Under the pieces are notes generated by a model, which was given only the letters and a program-made list of their open reading frames with translations, searched no databases and had not been told where the DNA came from. The position numbers and the translations under genes were made by a program. A stretch of 22,442 bases of DNA from an uncultured archaeon (GTDB lineage: Archaea; Asgardarchaeota; Heimdallarchaeia; Heimdallarchaeales; Heimdallarchaeaceae): the NCBI GenBank assembly GCA_964549075.1, contig CAZJUB010000039.1, positions 1 through 22,442 on the forward strand, given 5' to 3'. Below, piece by piece: positions 17,249 through 22,442 of this stretch (position 1 is its first letter; each line of letters opens with the position of its first letter).

Positions 17249-18019
17249 ATGCGTTTACCAACTCCTAAATTAATTTACAAGCTTTATGAAAGGAAACTTT
17301 TCTCTGAAATAAAGAATAATCCAATTCCTAAGCATATAGGAATTATTCTTGATGGAAATAGAAGAGGAAGTAAACAATTAGGAGTAGATTATGTAAAGGG
17401 ATATGAACTTGGTGCTCAAAAACTTGAGGAAGTTTTGGACTGGTGCTGGGATCTTGGAGTGAAAGTCATATCATGCTGGATTTTCTCTACTGAAAATTTC
17501 TCTCGTCCAAAGGATCAGGTTGAAAGTATAATGAAATTAGCAGTAAAATACTTTCAGAAAATAAGAAATGATAAGAGAATTTTCAAGAATGAAGTAAGAA
17601 TAAGGGTACTTGGCAGAAGGGAGATGCTTCCTAAAGAGGTTCAAAAAGAAATTGAATTGACTGAAGAAGCAACCAAGCACCATAACAAATATGATTTAAA
17701 TTTGTGTATGGCATATGGTGGAAGAGCAGAAATAGTTGATGCTTTGAAACAAATTCTAGATAAAGCTAAAGAAGGGAGTATAGATTTGAATAATGTTGAT
17801 GAAGAGTTAATAAGTAGTCATCTATACGCTGATGACACTCCAGACCCAGATTTAATTATACGTACTTCTGGTGAAGAAAGGCTATCAGGTTTTCTTCTCT
17901 GGCAATCAGCTTTTTCAGAATATTATTTTACAGATGTTCATTGGCCTTTGTTTAGAAAAATAGACCTTTGGAGAGCGATAAGATCATTCCAAAGAAGAGA
18001 AAGAAGATATGGAGTTTAA
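17249..18019 (+). CDS. uppS: cis-prenyltransferase (polyprenyl diphosphate synthase)
   Basis: PKHIGIILDGNRR, FSTENFSRP, YGGRAEI, PDLIIRTSGEERLSGFLLWQ and C-terminal RRYG. AGGTG SD favours the ATG at 17249 over the GTG at 17240. Confidence 0.97.
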   Translation: MRLPTPKLIYKLYERKLFSEIKNNPIPKHIGIILDGNRRGSKQLGVDYVKGYELGAQKLEEVLDWCWDLGVKVISCWIFSTENFSRPKDQVESIMKLAVKYFQKIRNDKRIFKNEVRIRVLGRREMLPKEVQKEIELTEEATKHHNKYDLNLCMAYGGRAEIVDALKQILDKAKEGSIDLNNVDEELISSHLYADDTPDPDLIIRTSGEERLSGFLLWQSAFSEYYFTDVHWPLFRKIDLWRAIRSFQRRERRYGV

Positions 18020-18028
18020 ATCCAACCA

Positions 18029-18808
18029 TTATTCATAAAAGTCATCTCTTTGCCCCCACTCTCTTTCAAGTGAAGCTATAAGAGTATCAATATTTTGTCC
18101 AGTATTTGCACTTATAGGGATTAAATCCCCCATACTTTTAAATTGGTCTAAAAGCTCTATAATGCTTATCCCTAGTTGTTGAGATAGATTAATTTGCCCA
18201 TAACTCTGAATAGAAGAAATCAAAGTTTCTGGAGATTCAATCCATTTCTCAAGAGACTCCATTTGTTCCTTTTCTATTATATCAGCTTTAGAAATTGCTG
18301 TAATTTGTGGGAGAGACAACTGAAAGTTTACAGACATACTTAAGAGAAGTATGCTTGAGAAACCTTCAGGTTTTATCACTAAAGAAGGATCTATTAAAAA
18401 TATTGAAGCAGGTTGTCCTCCTTCTGATACAATTGAAGAAATTAGACGACCACTGCTTCTGTAAGCAAAGAGTTCAATTTGTCCTGGTGTATCTACCAAA
18501 AGATATTCAGGTTCAATATATTCAATTTCTGATTTTACATCATCAATCTTTGTAGCTATTAAATCCATACTAGCTATCATTGCACCATTAGGACCAAGTT
18601 CTAGTTTATCAATTAAATTATCAATATTCACAATTTCCCTTACATCTATATCAGGATTATAGGGTAAGCGTTTAACTCCGGCATCTAAATTTAGAGTAGC
18701 TACATCCAGATTTTTCTCACTGAACCAATCATATAATGTTCGAGTCAATACTGTTTTACCACTACCTGCAGTTCCCACCATAAAAATTGGATAATATCGT
18801 TTTGCCAT
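18029..18808 (-). CDS. GPN-loop GTPase
   Basis: GTAGSGKT, NLDAG..RLPY.PD.DVR, LGPNGA, DTPGQIELF and SKAD. The ATG at 18808 lies 1 nt after the upstream stop codon. Confidence 0.95.
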   Translation of the reverse strand: MAKRYYPIFMVGTAGSGKTVLTRTLYDWFSEKNLDVATLNLDAGVKRLPYNPDIDVREIVNIDNLIDKLELGPNGAMIASMDLIATKIDDVKSEIEYIEPEYLLVDTPGQIELFAYRSSGRLISSIVSEGGQPASIFLIDPSLVIKPEGFSSILLLSMSVNFQLSLPQITAISKADIIEKEQMESLEKWIESPETLISSIQSYGQINLSQQLGISIIELLDQFKSMGDLIPISANTGQNIDTLIASLEREWGQRDDFYE

Positions 18809-18809
18809 T

Positions 18810-19604
18810 TTAATCAACAAAAGGTTCCATTTTTATATCAGGGATATTCTTTCGAAGAAGATTTTGGAGTTCTTCAATAGCTTTATCTACTTCAGATTCA
18901 GCTTCTTCCCCTAATCCCGAGATGTGTATAATTATTCCTTGTTTATCTTTGTATGCTGGATGAGATTTAACATACAAATCGCCATGCTTATTCTTGATTT
19001 CTAATATGAAAGGAGCTAACTGGCTTTCAATACTTTGAAATATTTGGAATTTTTTCTCATACAATTTTTTATTTTGTTTCTTGTTTAAACGTGGTAAAAT
19101 ATGACGCATAAAGATATCTTTCATCTCTGTAGGGACCCCAGGTAAACAATAAATTTCAATACCAACGAAGTTTAAATAACAAGAAGGGGCTCCTCCAACA
19201 TAATTTTGAAGCACTTCAGCACCTGTAGGCATCAGAGCCATTTTTCTACGTTCTTTTGTTAAACCAGCATTCTTCTTCTTATCATAGTATTTTTTTATTT
19301 GTTTAAGCGCAACTTCATTTTCAACTAAATCTAATTTTGTTGCTTTGGAAAGAACTTCAAGTTGAATATCATCGTAAGTAGGACCTAGTCCTCCAGAGAT
19401 TAAAATTAAATCAGGTTTCCTTTCAAATACTTCTAAGAAAAATTCAGTCGCTAATTTCAAATCATCTCTAATACAAGTTACACGTCTAACTTCATAACCA
19501 AGCTTTGTAAGATGCCTTCCCAAAAACACTGCGTTAGTGTTTGTTGTGACACCTATTAACAATTCATTTCCTAAGCAAACAATTTCAGCTGTAGGTATAT
19601 CCAT
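18810..19604 (-). CDS. COG1058 / CinA N-terminal (MoCF-like) protein
   Basis: GNELLIG.TTNTN, DD, SGGLGPTYDD, KMALMP.GA, LPGVPTEM, ESQLAP and YVKSHP. No PncC deamidase domain. Confidence 0.92.
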   Translation of the reverse strand: MDIPTAEIVCLGNELLIGVTTNTNAVFLGRHLTKLGYEVRRVTCIRDDLKLATEFFLEVFERKPDLILISGGLGPTYDDIQLEVLSKATKLDLVENEVALKQIKKYYDKKKNAGLTKERRKMALMPTGAEVLQNYVGGAPSCYLNFVGIEIYCLPGVPTEMKDIFMRHILPRLNKKQNKKLYEKKFQIFQSIESQLAPFILEIKNKHGDLYVKSHPAYKDKQGIIIHISGLGEEAESEVDKAIEELQNLLRKNIPDIKMEPFVD

Positions 19605-19616
19605 TTTCTTCTCACT

Positions 19617-20687
19617 TTACTTTTCTCTTTGAATTCCCATTTTCGCAATTTCGATTAAGAAATTCTTGTATTTCTCATCCAATGGTGGATTAATATTATT
19701 CAAATATTTGACACAATCCTCAAAAAGGATTTTAGCTTGAGATCTCGAATAATCCAAAGCCCCTGTTTCAACCATTATGTTTTTTACTTGTTCTACTTCT
19801 TCAGGATTTGAATCCCTATTTCCAACTATTTTTGTCAGTAAGTCTTTTTGGTACTTATCAGCATTTTCTAAGGTTTTTATAAGTAGCAAGGTTTTCTTTC
19901 CTTCCTTTAAATCACTATCAGTTGGTTTTCCAGTTTTTTTAGCATCTCCAAAAGTCCCAATAATATCATCGACAATCTGAAAAGCTATTCCAGCAGATTT
20001 AGCAAAATTTTCTAACCCCTCTAACTGCGAATCCTGTGCACCAGCTAAAATAGCACCCATTTTTGTCGCAACTTCAAATAATGCAGCTGTTTTACCTGCG
20101 ACCATTTCCATATATTCTTTTTCAGAAATTAGCAGTTTACCCATAAAATCTGTTTCAATAATTACTCCTCTTACTACTTTGAAGAAGCCTTTATTGAATT
20201 CCAATGATGCTTGGAGAACTTTTTCAGGTGGAAAAACATTAATGTGGATTGCATTATAAGCAACATTATAGAGAAAATCACCTCCGAGAATACCCATAGC
20301 AACTCCGAAGTCTTCCGGATTTTGAATTTCATCATCATAATTCATTTTAGAATAATTTTCAAAGGTTTTATGAAATGCAGCTACTCCTCTCCTTGTTTCT
20401 GCATTGTCCATTATATCATCATGTATAAGACTAGCGTTATGAAGTAATTCTAAGGAAAGAGAAGCTCTTATTATTCCATCTTCATCAATGTTAGGATTAA
20501 TAGCAGCACTTGAAAGTAACATTAAAATTGGTCTGATTCTTTTACCTCCAGAGAAAAGAAATTTTTCAATTTCATTGTAGAAATGACTTAAAAAAGGATT
20601 ATCAAGTTCTTTTGATTTTTCTTCCAAGAATTGTTTCAGAGCTTTTTCGACTTTTTTCATTATTCTGTTGTATTCAGTAAGAAACAT
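19617..20687 (-). CDS. idsA: trans-prenyltransferase, probably geranylgeranyl diphosphate synthase
   Basis: GGKRIRP, first Asp-rich motif LIHDDIMD...RRG, GDFL, KTAALF, second Asp-rich motif FQIVDDIIG, and GKP..SDLKEGKKT. Confidence 0.93.
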   Translation of the reverse strand: MFLTEYNRIMKKVEKALKQFLEEKSKELDNPFLSHFYNEIEKFLFSGGKRIRPILMLLSSAAINPNIDEDGIIRASLSLELLHNASLIHDDIMDNAETRRGVAAFHKTFENYSKMNYDDEIQNPEDFGVAMGILGGDFLYNVAYNAIHINVFPPEKVLQASLEFNKGFFKVVRGVIIETDFMGKLLISEKEYMEMVAGKTAALFEVATKMGAILAGAQDSQLEGLENFAKSAGIAFQIVDDIIGTFGDAKKTGKPTDSDLKEGKKTLLLIKTLENADKYQKDLLTKIVGNRDSNPEEVEQVKNIMVETGALDYSRSQAKILFEDCVKYLNNINPPLDEKYKNFLIEIAKMGIQREK

Positions 20688-20803
20688 AACTATCTTCCAA
20701 ATTCAGTCTGCTTACAAAAAGAAACGTACTATTAAACGTTTATTGATTAATACCAATATTTTCACAAAGCACAAGATATTTGAAAGAGCTTTAAAGAATT
20801 AAT

Positions 20804-21445
20804 ATGAACAAAATGGTTGATCCGTCAAAATTTCCAAATTCAGCTTCTGAGATAGAAGAAAGACTCTTAAAGAAAGACGTCATACGAGATGATTTATTGA
20901 AACTTTCAAGACAGATTATAAAATATTCAGGGCAGAGTATTGAAAGTTTTCATAGAAATAATGTAGAGGATGCAAAAAATAAACTTGATAAAGCCAAAAA
21001 TTCGTTGGATAAAATCAATAAGTTACTCGATGAAGACCAAACAGCTTTAAGTACAGGAATTGTGGGAGTCGCGATGCAAGAATATGCTGAAGCTAGGCTT
21101 TTCTATGAAGTAATTGAAGGTAGAAAACTTTCAAGTGTGGAAGAGATAGAGGTAACAGATCAAGCCTATCTTTTAGGGATTGCTGATTTAATTGGAGAAT
21201 TACGCAGATACTCATTAGAAAAACTTGTTGAAGGAAATGTTTCCAAAGCTAAATACTTCTACAATCTTATGAAAGAACTATATGGAACGTTCTTACAGAT
21301 AGATTATGGGAAGAATCTAATTCCAGATCTTAGAAGAAAAAAAGATACTGCAAGAGTTTTGGTAGAACGTACTTTATCTGATTTGTTTGTTGCACAACAA
21401 AGTAAAAATCTTGAAGAAAAATTAGAAGAAAAAAAGAATACTTAA
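20804..21445 (+). CDS. Translin/Trax (archaeal C3PO) family protein
   Basis: All-helical protein with QEYAEA, YLLGIADLIGELRR and LRRKKD. The acidic catalytic positions appear retained. Confidence 0.92.
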   Translation: MNKMVDPSKFPNSASEIEERLLKKDVIRDDLLKLSRQIIKYSGQSIESFHRNNVEDAKNKLDKAKNSLDKINKLLDEDQTALSTGIVGVAMQEYAEARLFYEVIEGRKLSSVEEIEVTDQAYLLGIADLIGELRRYSLEKLVEGNVSKAKYFYNLMKELYGTFLQIDYGKNLIPDLRRKKDTARVLVERTLSDLFVAQQSKNLEEKLEEKKNT

Positions 21446-22442
21446 CTTGCTAATTTTTTATTAAAAATTATTACACCAATATCCATCAAGTTTGTACCTG
21501 TATAACCTGTGATTATTTCCCCACCATGTTTTTTGAAAAATGAATTAGAATTATTTTCAGCTAAAGCTTTTTTAGCAGTTTCTATTTTATTGGACTCATC
21601 TAAAGTAAAAGGTCCTATTATAGCACCAGCTGCATTTGAGTTTCCATCTATTCCATCTGTACCTAAACTTAACAGATATACAGATATATCTTTTTCTAAT
21701 GAAAGCGCAAAAGATAGAGCTAATTCTTGATTTCTCCCCCCTTTTCCATTTGTAAAATTCAACGTTACAGTTGTTTCACCACCAAATATTCTATAAAAAG
21801 TTGATCGAATAGTATCATCTGAGTTATTTTCTAAATCCCTAACTAGAAGATTTATTTGGTTAGCAAAGTTCTGTCCTACTTCTCTTGATTCACCAATCAT
21901 AGTATCATTTAGAATTTCGGAGTTACCGTTAGAACAGAGGTAATCTTGTAAAAGAGATTGCAATTTTAGATTATCTCCAACTATATAATTCTCAACATGT
22001 TCAAAAAGCTCTTTTTTTGAAGGAGTATCAATAATTTCTGATTTCAATCCTTTTGACAAAATACCCAAGACACTTTCTGGTATTCGTGCTAGTAAAGAAT
22101 GATTTGAAAAAATTTTTTCGCAATCGTTCCAAGTTGTGGTATCAGGAGCTGTAGGACCAGATGCAATACTTGAGATATCATTGCCTAGAACATCAGATAG
22201 GATAATACTAATAATTTTAGCTTGAGTCAGCTGAGCTAGTTTTCCACCTTTTACTTTTGAGAAGTGCTTTCTAATTGTATTAATCTCTTGTATTGATGCA
22301 TTGCTTGATAATAATAAATCTACAAGCGACACATAATCATCAAAAGAGACATCATAATCAGGTTGTTCTAACAAAGCGCTACCTCCCCCAGAAACAAGAA
22401 ATATACAAAAATCTGCTTTAGTTGTTTCCAGTAAAAGGGATA
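21442..22442 (-). CDS. Glycerate 2-kinase, MOFRL family (5' end lies beyond the right window edge)
   Basis: The frame is open to the edge: ...DFCIFLVSGGGSALL, INTIRKHFSKVKGGKLA, SDVLG, IASGPT, GGETTV, GGRNQE, GTDGIDG and TGTNLMD. The ORF-track start at 22374 is internal. Confidence 0.95.
   Translation of the reverse strand, partial: SLLLETTKADFCIFLVSGGGSALLEQPDYDVSFDDYVSLVDLLLSSNASIQEINTIRKHFSKVKGGKLAQLTQAKIISIILSDVLGNDISSIASGPTAPDTTTWNDCEKIFSNHSLLARIPESVLGILSKGLKSEIIDTPSKKELFEHVENYIVGDNLKLQSLLQDYLCSNGNSEILNDTMIGESREVGQNFANQINLLVRDLENNSDDTIRSTFYRIFGGETTVTLNFTNGKGGRNQELALSFALSLEKDISVYLLSLGTDGIDGNSNAAGAIIGPFTLDESNKIETAKKALAENNSNSFFKKHGGEIITGYTGTNLMDIGVIIFNKKLAS

Noticed and set aside
18810-19604. 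Molybdopterin biosynthesis enzyme or full CinA/PncC
   Set aside because: The motifs match the COG1058 N-terminal domain only. There is no deamidase domain and no Moco gene context.
1073-21730. Short ORF-track entries nested in or antisense to larger genes (e.g. 1073-1309, 5907-6089, 6401-6625, 6447-6668, 8640-8834, 8656-8868, 11706-11894, 12622-12861, 12701-12883, 14456-14656, 14769-15017, 18307-18555, 19777-19980, 20211-20447, 21509-21730)
   Set aside because: They lie entirely within well-supported genes, show no recognisable motifs and have the composition of shadow ORFs.

Overview
AT-rich, gene-dense archaeal window that is most likely from an Asgard archaeon. That call is inferred from archaeal housekeeping genes together with two Roadblock/LC7 proteins, an MglA-type small GTPase and a tandem longin-like protein. 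Most genes are core functions: partial cdc48, a NapH/MauN-like membrane 4Fe-4S protein, a Trm11-like methyltransferase, fen, pcm, an SDR, an M20 peptidase, trm5, DUF371, pncB, a COG1340 coiled-coil protein, uppS, a GPN GTPase, a COG1058/CinA-N protein, GGPP synthase, translin/C3PO and a partial glycerate 2-kinase. Two features stand out. (1) A tRNA-Lys(CTT) gene at 9659-9797, absent from the ORF track, is split by two 31-nt introns: a non-canonical D-loop intron at 15/16 with a strict bulge-helix-bulge, and a canonical 37/38 intron with a mismatched central helix. (2) An mglBA-like pair has a Roadblock partner that looks much like the eukaryotic dynein light chain DYNLRB. Weaker candidates are a tandem longin protein, a claudin-like tetraspan membrane protein and a catalytically degenerate NYN/PIN protein. 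No mobile element or CRISPR array was seen. All family calls come from motif recognition by eye, not from database searches.
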